NCBI GenBank assembly: GCA_965223975.1
Contig: OZ245031.1
Location: 11,892-75,891 of the forward strand
DNA length: 64,000 nucleotides
Direction of reading: 5' to 3'
Origin: Pseudomonadales bacterium
Lineage (GTDB): Bacteria; Pseudomonadota; Gammaproteobacteria; Pseudomonadales; JBECKS01
This document shows, piece by piece, positions 38,674 to 50,559 of this stretch; positions within the stretch are counted from its first letter, which is position 1; each line of letters starts with the position of its first letter. The notes beneath the pieces were generated by a model. It searched no databases and was not told where the DNA came from. It saw nothing but the letters and a program-made list of their open reading frames with translations. A program made the position numbers and the translations under genes.

Positions 38674-39861
38674 ATGATTAAGCTCCTTCCTCTTAAGGAA
38701 CAAGACTTCGTCTTAGCTAAGTTTAGCTTAGCTATATTCGCCTTGAGTTCGAGCCTTAATGCTTGGGCGGAGTCTCCCGAAAAGATCACGCTTAGCAAGC
38801 ATTGCCCTCCTGGCTTTGAAAAGACTCAGCAAGGCTGTGAACTTAGAAGCCTGTACCAAATGTACGACAGCTTGCAAAACAAGGGAGTTGGCGGACTTAA
38901 AACTGCACTACCCGCCTATCGAGATGGGTTCAGCCCCGAGCAAATCGACTTAGGGCGTTTTCTGTTCTTCGACCCGTTGCTCTCGAAAGACCAAGATATG
39001 TCCTGTGCCAGCTGCCATAAACCAGACCAAGGCTTTAGTGATGGCCTACCTCGCTCCATCGGAGCTGGCGGCAAAGAGCTAAGCCGAGCCGCGCCCACCA
39101 TTTGGAACACAGGCTTCTTGCATAGCTTCTTCTGGGACGGACGAGCAAAAACTTTAGAAGAGCAAGCGGAAGGCCCTCTATTTTCTGAAAAAGAAATGGC
39201 TAACACCCCAGCTAACTTACTTAAATCCCTTAGAGCTAATGAAAACTACCGCAGGCTTTTTGCCCAAGCATATCCAAATCAAAAACTTATAGAGCTCGAG
39301 TCTATTTATACCTCACTGGCCGCTTTCCAAAGCTCATTGATATCTTTGAACAGTCGCTACGATCATTATGCTCACGGCTATCATGAGGCACTTACGGAAA
39401 GAGAAATCCAAGGCATGAACATCTTCCGCTCTTTCGTGGCGCGCTGTGCTGAGTGCCACACCCCACCGCTATTCACCAACCAACAAATCGCAGTGATCGG
39501 AGCCCCTGAACCCGAGGGTTTGCCATTTGACCCAGGTGCTCAGGTTCCACTAAACGACCCATTATCACGCGGCGGCTTTAAGGTACCGACCTTGAGAAAC
39601 ATCGCAAAAACAGCTCCTTATATGCATTCCGGTCGTTTCGAAACCTTAAGAGAAAGTGCCAAGTTTTATACCGGTGGTCGCGGACACGCAATTCCACCCG
39701 GCGAAAACTTATACCTTCATTGGCATATTTGGGAACCCAATCTGCAGGATCATGAACTCGACCTCATCGTAGATTTTTTGCAAACCTTAACTGATGAAAG
39801 TTTTAAACCCGAGACTCCGAAGGTCCTACCCTCTGGTCTTGATCTAGTCCATATTCAATAA
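38674..39861 (+). CDS. Dihaem cytochrome c peroxidase/MauG-superfamily protein
   Basis: LGRFLFFD, CASCH, FWDGRA, CAECH, FKVPTLRN, PYMHSG; start codon uncertain. Confidence 0.88.
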   Translation: MIKLLPLKEQDFVLAKFSLAIFALSSSLNAWAESPEKITLSKHCPPGFEKTQQGCELRSLYQMYDSLQNKGVGGLKTALPAYRDGFSPEQIDLGRFLFFDPLLSKDQDMSCASCHKPDQGFSDGLPRSIGAGGKELSRAAPTIWNTGFLHSFFWDGRAKTLEEQAEGPLFSEKEMANTPANLLKSLRANENYRRLFAQAYPNQKLIELESIYTSLAAFQSSLISLNSRYDHYAHGYHEALTEREIQGMNIFRSFVARCAECHTPPLFTNQQIAVIGAPEPEGLPFDPGAQVPLNDPLSRGGFKVPTLRNIAKTAPYMHSGRFETLRESAKFYTGGRGHAIPPGENLYLHWHIWEPNLQDHELDLIVDFLQTLTDESFKPETPKVLPSGLDLVHIQ

Positions 39862-39886
39862 CGTTTTTTAACCAGGAGAGAAAAAT

Positions 39887-41365
39887 ATGTTGAACACACA
39901 ACTAAGACAGAACGCCTACAAAGTTTTTGTAGCGTTTGTAGGGCTGATGCTTTTCAGTCTTAGCACTACGCTTCATGCAAAGGTGATTGAGGTAAAAGAT
40001 GGCCAGTCTATTCAGGCAGCTGTTAAAAAAGCCTCACCTGGAGACACTATTAAAGTCTATCCAGGCACTTATAAAGAAACCGTATACATCGATAAAAATG
40101 ACATCACCTTAAGTGGTGTAGTGATTCGTGGCGAATGGCCCACAATGGACGGCGAAAAAGAATTAAACGACGCTGTTTTGTATTCTGGCCACGGTGTCAC
40201 TGTTGAGCATTTAAAAATTATCAACTACAAAGGCAATGCCATCATGGGCCAAGCGGGTAATAACTATATTATTCGTCATAACCTAATCAAGGATGCAGGT
40301 GTCTACGGTATTTTCCCCGAGTTCGGTAAGAACGGCATCATCGAACACAATGTTGTTAGCGGCATTGAAGACGCTGCGATTTATGTCGGCATGTGTGACA
40401 ACGTAGACGTGAGATTTAACGAAGTTTTCGACAACGTGGCTGGTATCGAAATTGAAAACACTCGTCATGCACTGGTTGAAAGCAACTACGCTCACAACAA
40501 CACCGGCGGCATCTTGGCTTTTATTACGCCGGGACTCCCTATCAAAACCACTTTCGATGTAATCATTCGAAACAACTTTGTGGTTAACAACAATCACGAA
40601 AACTTTGGTGAGCCAGGCTCTTTAGTCGCTAGCATTCCTCCCGGTACTGGCATCTTGATCATGGCTGCTGATGAAGTAACGATTGAAAACAACATCATCT
40701 CTGGCAACGACAACTATGGTATCGCCATTGTTGACCTTCGTTTCTCAGCTGGCTTAGGCGTTGACCCAGGTTCAGATCCTAACCCAGACGACATCCGTAT
40801 TCTTAATAACTTCATGCACGACAACGGCAATAACCCAGTGGGTGATGTTAAGAAAATCATGATGGCGCAGTTTAAGAAACGCGGCCCTGATATTGCGAGT
40901 ATCAGCCGTGGCGTAAGAAACTGTATCGTTAACGAAGAAAAATACCGCACCTTCGGCTTAAGCGTTGGTGGCTTTAGTGAATGTAAGGACACCAAAGGCA
41001 CCTCTGAGATCACTACTATGACTTTGGCAGAACCAGTCACCGCAAAAGAAATTGGCATTACTGATAAAGGTAAACTAGCCTATTACGGTATCTGTGCTGG
41101 TTGCCACTCATACAGTATGCGTATGATTGGCCCGTCGACTATGACTATACAGGCACTTTATATGGATAACCCTAAAGGCTTGGCTGAGTACATTGCTAAC
41201 CCGGTTAAAAAGCGTGAGAACTTCCCTGAAATGCCACCTCAAAACTATTTGCCTGAAGATGTGCGCATGGCAGTATCAGAATATGTGCTTCAAATGACCG
41301 ATGAAACCATCGAAGAAAACGTTACTGATGATGTGGGTATGGAAAAAGGTAAATCCCGCGAATAA
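39887..41365 (+). CDS. Secreted parallel beta-helix protein with C-terminal cytochrome c domain
   Basis: Signal peptide, SIQAAV..PGDTI..PGTY, Asn/Gly-rich PbH1-like repeats, C-terminal CAGCH..MIGP..MPP; AGGAGAG RBS. Confidence 0.85.
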   Translation: MLNTQLRQNAYKVFVAFVGLMLFSLSTTLHAKVIEVKDGQSIQAAVKKASPGDTIKVYPGTYKETVYIDKNDITLSGVVIRGEWPTMDGEKELNDAVLYSGHGVTVEHLKIINYKGNAIMGQAGNNYIIRHNLIKDAGVYGIFPEFGKNGIIEHNVVSGIEDAAIYVGMCDNVDVRFNEVFDNVAGIEIENTRHALVESNYAHNNTGGILAFITPGLPIKTTFDVIIRNNFVVNNNHENFGEPGSLVASIPPGTGILIMAADEVTIENNIISGNDNYGIAIVDLRFSAGLGVDPGSDPNPDDIRILNNFMHDNGNNPVGDVKKIMMAQFKKRGPDIASISRGVRNCIVNEEKYRTFGLSVGGFSECKDTKGTSEITTMTLAEPVTAKEIGITDKGKLAYYGICAGCHSYSMRMIGPSTMTIQALYMDNPKGLAEYIANPVKKRENFPEMPPQNYLPEDVRMAVSEYVLQMTDETIEENVTDDVGMEKGKSRE

Positions 41366-41387
41366 AAACTTAGCGAAGCAAATTATC

Positions 41388-41427
41388 AAAAGCCCGATTT
41401 TTCGTCCTAGAAACTTCGGGCTTTTTT
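41388..41427 (+). terminator. Intrinsic terminator closing the cytochrome operon
   Basis: AAAAGCCCGA..TCGGGCTTTTTT with a long loop. Confidence 0.65.
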
Positions 41428-41497
41428 GTATCGCTAATGTATCATTAGCCACATTAACCCCCTACTTAAACCCATTGAATCCAGTAAATAAAAGACT

Positions 41498-42688
41498 ATG
41501 AAAAACTTATTTTCTTTCTTCGGCGTTATCTTCGGTCTTCTTATCGTTTATACAATCATTTTAAATTCACACGAAGCACGTAGAATTTATCATTTATATT
41601 TTTTATTTGATGAGAAAAATATCAGCGCGAACTTCCGTAATATGTCTAAGTTCTTCGCAACAAAAGAAATCACTGCGACGGAGAACATGCCTGAACTCGA
41701 AGGAAATAGAGACTTTGAATTGCCCACTACCTTCCCCTTCAATAATTTTGAAGTATCTAGCGACTACTTTTTACGCTACACCCAGACCGACGCCCTACTG
41801 GTCTTGCACAAAGACCAATTAATATTTGAGCAATACTACGGCGAGTTTAAACCAGAAGACCTACACATCTCTTGGTCTATCAGTAAATCGATTGTGTCTT
41901 TACTACTAGGTATCGCCATAGACGAAGGAAAAATAACTTCACTACAGGACCCTGTCACAAAATACCTTCCAGAGCTAAGCAACAGTGGTTATAAAAACGT
42001 AACGGTAGAAGAACTCGCCCAAATGACCTCTGGTATTAAGTTTAACGAAGATTATGCAGACTTCTTTTCTGATATAAATATTTTTTCCTACCGTATGGCT
42101 TTTGGCTTGCCACTAAACGATTTTGCTGAGGGATTAAAAGACAATCCTACCCACGGACAACATCAGTACGTCAGTATTGACACCCACGTCCTGGGAATGC
42201 TGATCGCACGCGCAACAGGGCAAGAGTTAAATCAGTACTTAAGTGACAAGCTTTGGAGCAAAATGGGTATGGAATCTAATGCCCTATGGATGAGCGACGG
42301 TAACGGTACTGAGTTTTACGCAGGAGGTATCAATGCTCGAGCAGTTGACCTAGCACGCTTTGGCCTACTTGTTCTCAACAAGGGCAATGACTTAGTGCCT
42401 GAGCAATGGATCGAGGAACTTGGTTTGGCAAACTCAGTCAGCAGAGCTGACTACGAGGACTATGCCTACACAAGACAATGGTGGGTTCCTCAAGATACAG
42501 AACAAAGAGAGCTACTGGCAATCGGTGTCTATGATCAATACATCTACATCAATCGTGATACTGGGGTAGTTGTCGTTAAATTATCCTCAAACCCCAACTA
42601 CCTGCTAGACGATTATATTTCTGAAAGCCAAAGCTTATCGCTGTTTAGAGCCATCAGCGAGAGGATAGAGCCATCAGCGAAAAAATAG
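41498..42688 (+). CDS. Serine hydrolase, beta-lactamase class C/NylB-like family
   Basis: SISK (SxxK), MTSG and YVS motifs; N-terminal TM/signal. Confidence 0.85.
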   Translation: MKNLFSFFGVIFGLLIVYTIILNSHEARRIYHLYFLFDEKNISANFRNMSKFFATKEITATENMPELEGNRDFELPTTFPFNNFEVSSDYFLRYTQTDALLVLHKDQLIFEQYYGEFKPEDLHISWSISKSIVSLLLGIAIDEGKITSLQDPVTKYLPELSNSGYKNVTVEELAQMTSGIKFNEDYADFFSDINIFSYRMAFGLPLNDFAEGLKDNPTHGQHQYVSIDTHVLGMLIARATGQELNQYLSDKLWSKMGMESNALWMSDGNGTEFYAGGINARAVDLARFGLLVLNKGNDLVPEQWIEELGLANSVSRADYEDYAYTRQWWVPQDTEQRELLAIGVYDQYIYINRDTGVVVVKLSSNPNYLLDDYISESQSLSLFRAISERIEPSAKK

Positions 42689-42732
42689 CCATCAGCGAAA
42701 AAAATAGCCATCAGCGAAAAAAATAGCCATCA
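42649..42732 (+). repeat. 18-20 bp tandem repeat overlapping the serine hydrolase 3' end
   Basis: AGCCATCAGCGA at 42649, 42669, 42687, 42706 and a partial copy at 42725. Confidence 0.92.
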
Positions 42733-42740
42733 ACTCAAAA

Positions 42741-42788
42741 CTAGTTAAGTAGACAACTAGCTCAGTAAACAGCTAGTTAATTAAACAG
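42741..42788 (-). repeat. Degenerate 16-bp tandem triplet including the stop codon of the 89-aa gene
   Basis: CTAGTTAAGTAGACAA / CTAGCTCAGTAAACAG / CTAGTTAATTAAACAG. Confidence 0.75.
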
Positions 42789-43042
42789 CAAGGCTCAGGC
42801 TTTTTGGTGAGAAAGGTCATCGCTTCAAAAGCTAAGCTTGGATTCTTTAGATAGCGCAAAGCATTTACAAAATCTTTAGGTGCGGACAAAGACTCAGCGT
42901 GACTCGCCCATGCTTCAAAGGCGCTAAAACGGTTAATATCATCTAAGCGTAGAACTTCTAACAAACGCTGTCTCAAAGCTTTGTCTTCTTGCGCAGCACG
43001 AAGTAAATATACGAAACGATCATTATCGATAACAGAATTCAT
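42773..43042 (-). CDS. Small hypothetical protein
   Basis: 89 aa ORF with GGGAAGGG upstream; helical, protein-like composition. Confidence 0.6.
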   Translation of the reverse strand: MNSVIDNDRFVYLLRAAQEDKALRQRLLEVLRLDDINRFSAFEAWASHAESLSAPKDFVNALRYLKNPSLAFEAMTFLTKKPEPCCLIN

Positions 43043-43239
43043 TAGCCCTTCCCCATTTAATATCCTTATTGTTTTGTCCCAAAAGCCAGCGTTGTGACTT
43101 AGCGCTAGCTTAACAAAACAGGAATATTAAAACTGAGCAAACTTTCACACTTTCTATAGCGAGTGCTTAGATATATGTGAGCGGGCTCTCAATTTAAATA
43201 TTTTTGGGCTTATCTTAGTTTGCCTGGGTTTGTATGAGT

Positions 43240-43686
43240 TTAGCGATAAAGATAAAAATAAAGAACAGTCTTTCCCTTTACATCCATCACACCCATCAGC
43301 GTATTTTCATCAACCCTGCGAAAATGATCAATAATTGGCAGGTGGTTATAAATCATTGCACTAGAAATTTTCCCGCGATATTCAATCTCACGGATACGAG
43401 CACCACCAATTAAAGGAAAATTAAACTCAAAACCAAATAGCTTATGCATAAGGGCATGCACTTTATCATCACTATGAAAATGCTTACCAATCCAACCGTA
43501 AAAACCAAAGTCCTTGAGCGTAAGGTCAACAACACCACCACTGGTAATATAACCGCCCTTCCACTCTCCATGCATCTCATCGTTACTCACGGGCGCGAGT
43601 TGCGCGTAAAAGGCTTCCAGTTCAGAAAAACTCACTCTTTCTTCGCTGTTAATAAATTCTTCAAACTGAGCTTGTAATGCACTCAT
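43240..43686 (-). CDS. GXWXG/DUF4334 domain protein
   Basis: GEWKG, GWIGKHF, YRGKISSAMIY..PIIDHFRRVD..LMGVMD. Confidence 0.85.
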   Translation of the reverse strand: MSALQAQFEEFINSEERVSFSELEAFYAQLAPVSNDEMHGEWKGGYITSGGVVDLTLKDFGFYGWIGKHFHSDDKVHALMHKLFGFEFNFPLIGGARIREIEYRGKISSAMIYNHLPIIDHFRRVDENTLMGVMDVKGKTVLYFYLYR

Positions 43687-43753
43687 GATTTTCTCCCTGT
43701 CCCGCCCTAATGCGAGAAAGCTTCTTTAAACAAAAGGTACTATCCCCAAAGAA

Positions 43754-44605
43754 CTACACAAAAGGAACCTCACCTTTTACGGTGGTTCTATGCATCAAAC
43801 GTCGATGCCCGTCATAGCCACCTTCAGCTAAATGGTTTACACAACGGTTATCCCACATCAATAATAAATTTTCTTTCCACTTGTGACGATAGACAAATTC
43901 CTCTTTTTGCTGATGTTGATAAAGAAAGGATAGAAGCGTAAAGCTTTCTTCAGGTGTCATACCCTCAATACCAGTGGTATAAACGGGATTAACATATAAC
44001 GCATAACGCCCAGAATCTGGATGCTTTCTAACCAAGGGGTGAGACTGAACTTCTTCAGCGCTTTCGTCATAGCGAATCTTCATGGTACGCGTTTTGGTTT
44101 CTTCCTCTGCCGCTAATATTCCTTTAGGGCTATAAGCAAAGCCAGCGCTGTGAGTTGCTTTTAGTTGTAAAAGCAACTTTTGCATGGTGTCGGATAAACT
44201 TTCAAAAGCCCGATAACAATCGCTAAACAAAGTATCACCGCCTACAGGAGGAATAACCTTAGAATGTAATATTGTTGCGCTCGGAGGCCTTGGCTGAAAA
44301 CTCCAGTCCGAATGCCAAGCAGCGCCAAAGTTAGTCGCGGTTTCATCAGGCTTTCTTTCTAACTGCAATATATGTGGATGCTCATCTAAAGGCTCAATAA
44401 AAGGATCTAAACCAAAGTCGCCAATACTTGAGGTAAAGTTTTCTAAAGCCTCATGACTAAGCTCTTGATCAGGGAAAGACAGCACAGAATGCTTAGTCCA
44501 TGCATCACGAATCAGCTGAACATCTTCATCACTCATCTTGGTTAAATCTAAGCCTTTTAGCTCAGCAGCAAATCCTGTGTCCTGCGCCACTACAGATATA
44601 GACAT
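43754..44605 (-). CDS. TauD/TfdA family Fe(II)/2-oxoglutarate dioxygenase
   Basis: WHSD (HxD), GGDTLF, HPLVRKHP, WDNRCVNH, RLMHR. Confidence 0.9.
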   Translation of the reverse strand: MSISVVAQDTGFAAELKGLDLTKMSDEDVQLIRDAWTKHSVLSFPDQELSHEALENFTSSIGDFGLDPFIEPLDEHPHILQLERKPDETATNFGAAWHSDWSFQPRPPSATILHSKVIPPVGGDTLFSDCYRAFESLSDTMQKLLLQLKATHSAGFAYSPKGILAAEEETKTRTMKIRYDESAEEVQSHPLVRKHPDSGRYALYVNPVYTTGIEGMTPEESFTLLSFLYQHQQKEEFVYRHKWKENLLLMWDNRCVNHLAEGGYDGHRRLMHRTTVKGEVPFV

Positions 44606-44629
44606 AGGTCTCTCCTATCGTGTTCTTTT

Positions 44630-45538
44630 TTATTTTAATAAGTATTCAGGGGAAATATCTTCACCCTGAATAAGCGTAGCCACTTCTTGTGGGATTTCCA
44701 TAGGAACGAAGTGGCTAGTATCTTTCAGTTTAAAATCACGTCCATTCTTGAAGTAAGTCGCCAGGCTTGGATTGGTGGGTGAAGGCTCAAAACTAAATGG
44801 CGGATCGCTTTCCAAACGATCACGAGCGCGGACAATTAAGGTCTCGCATTCAACATCGCCTAACTCCGTATAGGCTGCATCCGAATCAGGGGTTAAATAT
44901 ATATGCCCTTCCATATGAGGTGGACAAGCTAGACGCTTACCCTCTTCGTTATCCAACAAGGCATAATCGCAATAGTCTTTTAATACGGCTTCTACCCACT
45001 TGCTAAATGGTTCTTTATTTTTAAAGCTCTCAAACATTTCTTCAGATGAATTCCAATTATCGCGCCTTTTAGCAACTGGGTGCTCGTAACCTTCAGGAAC
45101 CAAGTCCTTCATCTTAGGCATGTCTTCGGCAATAATAATTGGATCGAGCGCGATAACTCGTTTAAAAAGATTCGGAAGTCTTCCCGCTGCACGCAAGATA
45201 ATATGCCCGCCCATCGAATGCCCGACACCTTCGATATCTTCAAGACCTAGGGCCTCTATAACTTCAACTAAGTCCGCCGTAAAATCATTCCACTCAAAAG
45301 GAGGCTCTAAATTACTGCTTTGACCATGACAGCGAGTATCCAAAAGAACAATATGTCGGTCTTCAGGCAGGAGCCTTACCACCTCATCCCAACAGCGCGC
45401 ATGAAAGCCAGTCGCATGGCACATAAGTATACAGCCCGCTTGAGCCGGCTCTTTGGGCAAGCGCTGATAAACCGCTACTTTTCCAGGCGCACGGGTACTC
45501 ACCTCCACAAATGAAAGTGAGTAATCTGTTTTATTCAT
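44630..45538 (-). CDS. Alpha/beta hydrolase
   Basis: HATGF, GHSMGG and SHFVPME motifs. Confidence 0.88.
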   Translation of the reverse strand: MNKTDYSLSFVEVSTRAPGKVAVYQRLPKEPAQAGCILMCHATGFHARCWDEVVRLLPEDRHIVLLDTRCHGQSSNLEPPFEWNDFTADLVEVIEALGLEDIEGVGHSMGGHIILRAAGRLPNLFKRVIALDPIIIAEDMPKMKDLVPEGYEHPVAKRRDNWNSSEEMFESFKNKEPFSKWVEAVLKDYCDYALLDNEEGKRLACPPHMEGHIYLTPDSDAAYTELGDVECETLIVRARDRLESDPPFSFEPSPTNPSLATYFKNGRDFKLKDTSHFVPMEIPQEVATLIQGEDISPEYLLK

Positions 45539-45544
45539 GGGAAT

Positions 45545-47602
<2,058 letters not shown>

Positions 47603-47656
47603 TTAGTCTCAGATTCGATAAGCCTGAGGTTCAGCGAAAAGCCAATTTTCAATAAT

Positions 47657-47677
47657 TGCCACCTAGACTAGATGGCA
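47657..47677. promoter_or_regulatory. Imperfect palindrome, candidate operator upstream of fadH
   Basis: TGCCACCTAG-A-CTAGATGGCA (1 mismatch) just downstream of a minus-strand TAGAAT at 47691-47696. Confidence 0.5.
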
Positions 47678-47810
47678 GATAATGGCCAACATTCTAGAGG
47701 AAAATGAGCTATTTCCGAACAAATTTTTCTATTAAATTCAGGGGGATAAGCGACAGATTAGCGCTCTGCAGATTGACTTTAGCCAGGATTTAAGCGCAAA
47801 GTAAGTCTTA

Positions 47811-48641
47811 CTAGACACTCGCCTTCAGCTGCTTTTCGAACAGCTCCATTACCCTTTCCAAGGCCTTATAGGTCGGATGGTCCGGCTCATCAATAAAATC
47901 CTTAGTTAATACCGAATGGGCCATAGGCTTATTGCCATACTTATTGCCCAGCGAAGAGTCGATACTAATGCCTTCGAAACGATCACCAAAGGTATCTTTC
48001 AGGTACTTAAAGCGCGCATTGGGCACTAATCGATCACCGGTGAAACGCAGGCCTAACAAGCAAATGTCATTTTTCTCCATATGCTCTTGAATGACAGGAA
48101 TATCCTTATCTTGAACATCAATGCCGTAACGCCCTTTTCTACTGACAGGGATTGAAGGTTGAGATAAGACTGGAGCAATAACACTTTCATCAGCCATCAT
48201 CGCCAAGGCAAAGCCGCCGCTAAAACACATTCCTACTGCACCAACTCCGGGACCGCCACATTGTTCATGGGCATGTCGCGCCAAGGCTCTAAGCCAATCA
48301 GCCATCGGGGTTTCTTTGCCCAGAGCAAACATATTGAATTCTTTAGAGATACAGACCTTCGCCATACTTTTAATCGCATAGCTGTTCCCAAAATCCTTAC
48401 CTGGTTTACCTACCAACGAAGGTAAATAAGTGGTGTAACCTGCTTCGACTAAGCGGCGAGCAAAATCAAAAACCTTATCATAAAGGCCTGGAATTTCATG
48501 AATGACAATAACCGCAGGGCCCTCGCCAGCTTTGTAAACAGCTTTGGTGCATCCGTCGTGTTCAAAAACCCCAGGCTCAAAATCTTCGTAGCCTTTGACC
48601 TTTGGTGACAAACTTCCTATCTTGCTCTGCCATTCACTCAT
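47811..48641 (-). CDS. Dienelactone hydrolase family protein
   Basis: HEIPG, GMCFSGG (Cys nucleophile), AHSVLT. Confidence 0.85.
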   Translation of the reverse strand: MSEWQSKIGSLSPKVKGYEDFEPGVFEHDGCTKAVYKAGEGPAVIVIHEIPGLYDKVFDFARRLVEAGYTTYLPSLVGKPGKDFGNSYAIKSMAKVCISKEFNMFALGKETPMADWLRALARHAHEQCGGPGVGAVGMCFSGGFALAMMADESVIAPVLSQPSIPVSRKGRYGIDVQDKDIPVIQEHMEKNDICLLGLRFTGDRLVPNARFKYLKDTFGDRFEGISIDSSLGNKYGNKPMAHSVLTKDFIDEPDHPTYKALERVMELFEKQLKASV

Positions 48642-48697
48642 AAGCTTTCCCTTCCAGTTATTTGCCTAGTTACTTGCCTAAATACTAATTTGCCCAG

Positions 48698-50389
48698 CTA
48701 TTTCTGTTCGACCTTAGCCCAGGAATCTCTAAGGGTCACAATGCGGTTAAACACTAAATTTTCAGAACTGGAGTCTTTCGAATCAATGCAGAAATAACCC
48801 TCACGCTCAAATTGGAAGCGATCATCAACAGCAACGCTCTCCATATTTTTCTCTACACGGCAAGACTTAAGCACCTCTAAAGAGGCTTCATTCAAAAATT
48901 CTAAATAACTCGCGCCGTCTTTTGCTCGATCAGGCTTAGCTTCTGTAAATAGGCGATCATACAGTCTCACCTCGGCTTCGAGTGACATAGGTGCAGACAC
49001 CCAATGAATAACGCCTTTAACTTTTCTACCTTCAGGGTTTTTACCCAAAGTGGCGTCGTCATAATGACATCGCAGTTCCACGACCTCACCGTTTTCATCT
49101 TTAATCGCTTCGTCGCAACGAATCACATAAGAGTTTCTTAAACGTACTTCGCCACCCAGTACGAGTCGCTTAAATTTTTTGTTCGCGCTTTCTCTAAAAT
49201 CATCTTTATCTATATAAACTTCTTTGCTCATATAGATAGTACGTCTACCCATCGATTCATCTTTGGGATGATTAGGCGCGCTGAGCTCTTCTATTTGTTC
49301 TTCGGGATAGTTCTCGATAACCACCTTTAGAGGGTTAAGCACACCCATGGTTCTTTTAGCGCTATTTTCTAGCTCTTCACGCACACAAACTTCTAAAGCG
49401 CCCATCTCCATCGAGTTTTCGCTTTTACTTACACCGGCACGTTTTACAAATTCTCTTAGAGATGCTGCAGGAAAACCTCGACGACGCATACCGCTAATCG
49501 TTGGCATACGTGGATCATCCCAGGCCTCGACATGTTTATCCGCTACCAGTTGTAAGAGTTTGCGCTTACTGGTCACGGTGTTTTCTAGTTCAAGACGTGA
49601 GAACTCAATTTGCTGAGGCTTGGCGGGCGTATCAAGCTTTTCTAAAAACCATTCGTATAATGGACGATGGTCTTCAAACTCCAAAGTACATAATGAATGA
49701 GTAATCCCCTCAAGAGCATCCGACAGACAATGGGTAAAATCATACATAGGGTAGATACACCACTTATTACCGGTTTGATGATGCTCCACTTTACGAATAC
49801 GGTAGATAATCGGGTCACGCATATTGATATTGGGCGAAGTCATATCAATTTTGGCGCGCAGTACGTGAGCCCCATCATCAAAGTCACCATTCTTCATCGC
49901 CTCAAACAACTCAAGGTTTTCTTCTACGCTGCGTTCACGATGCGGGCTATTTCTCCCTGGCTCAGTTAGAGAACCTCGGTACGCTCTTGCCTCATCTGGA
50001 CTTAAAGAACACACGTAAGCATCACCTTGCTTGATCAATTGCACTGCATAATCAAATAGCTCATTAAAATAGTTGGAAGCAAAATGTACCTCCCCAAACC
50101 ATTCCCAACCTAGCCATTGGATATCTTCTTTAATAGCGTTTACGTAAGTCAGGCTTTCCTTCTCTGGGTTTGTATCGTCAAAACGAAGGTTACATTTACC
50201 CTCATAGTCGGAGGCAAAACCAAAGTTGATACAAATCGATTTGCAGTGGCCTATATGCAGAAAGCCGTTGGGCTCGGGCGGAAATCGAGTATGCACCAAG
50301 CCACCATGCTTGCCATCAAGCTGGTCTTTATCAATGATCTTCTTGATAAAGTTACTGGTATTTACTGCTTCACTATCGTGCTTACTCAT
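48698..50389 (-). CDS. glnS: Glutamine--tRNA ligase
   Basis: [37 protein letters not shown]; probable start ATG 50389. Confidence 0.97.
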   Translation of the reverse strand: MSKHDSEAVNTSNFIKKIIDKDQLDGKHGGLVHTRFPPEPNGFLHIGHCKSICINFGFASDYEGKCNLRFDDTNPEKESLTYVNAIKEDIQWLGWEWFGEVHFASNYFNELFDYAVQLIKQGDAYVCSLSPDEARAYRGSLTEPGRNSPHRERSVEENLELFEAMKNGDFDDGAHVLRAKIDMTSPNINMRDPIIYRIRKVEHHQTGNKWCIYPMYDFTHCLSDALEGITHSLCTLEFEDHRPLYEWFLEKLDTPAKPQQIEFSRLELENTVTSKRKLLQLVADKHVEAWDDPRMPTISGMRRRGFPAASLREFVKRAGVSKSENSMEMGALEVCVREELENSAKRTMGVLNPLKVVIENYPEEQIEELSAPNHPKDESMGRRTIYMSKEVYIDKDDFRESANKKFKRLVLGGEVRLRNSYVIRCDEAIKDENGEVVELRCHYDDATLGKNPEGRKVKGVIHWVSAPMSLEAEVRLYDRLFTEAKPDRAKDGASYLEFLNEASLEVLKSCRVEKNMESVAVDDRFQFEREGYFCIDSKDSSSENLVFNRIVTLRDSWAKVEQK

Positions 50390-50559
50390 AATCAACTACT
50401 TATTGGACAAAATTAAAGGCAAAAGAAGCCAAAAAGTAAGCGAAAATATCGCCTATCTCTTTGTATCTACTGAAAAAATGAAGTTTACCTTCGAATCGGT
50501 TAACATGCCATTATCGAACCGGGATATACTTGGCCTCTACTAGAACTGTCACTACGACC

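Noticed and set aside
41498-42688. Serine hydrolase as a true beta-lactamase or as part of the cytochrome operon
   Set aside because: Motifs fit the broad esterase/amidase family, and a terminator at 41388-41427 separates it from the haem genes.
42649-42732. Mini CRISPR array (also considered for 51412-51473)
   Set aside because: Units are contiguous 13-20 bp repeats with no unique spacers and no cas genes.
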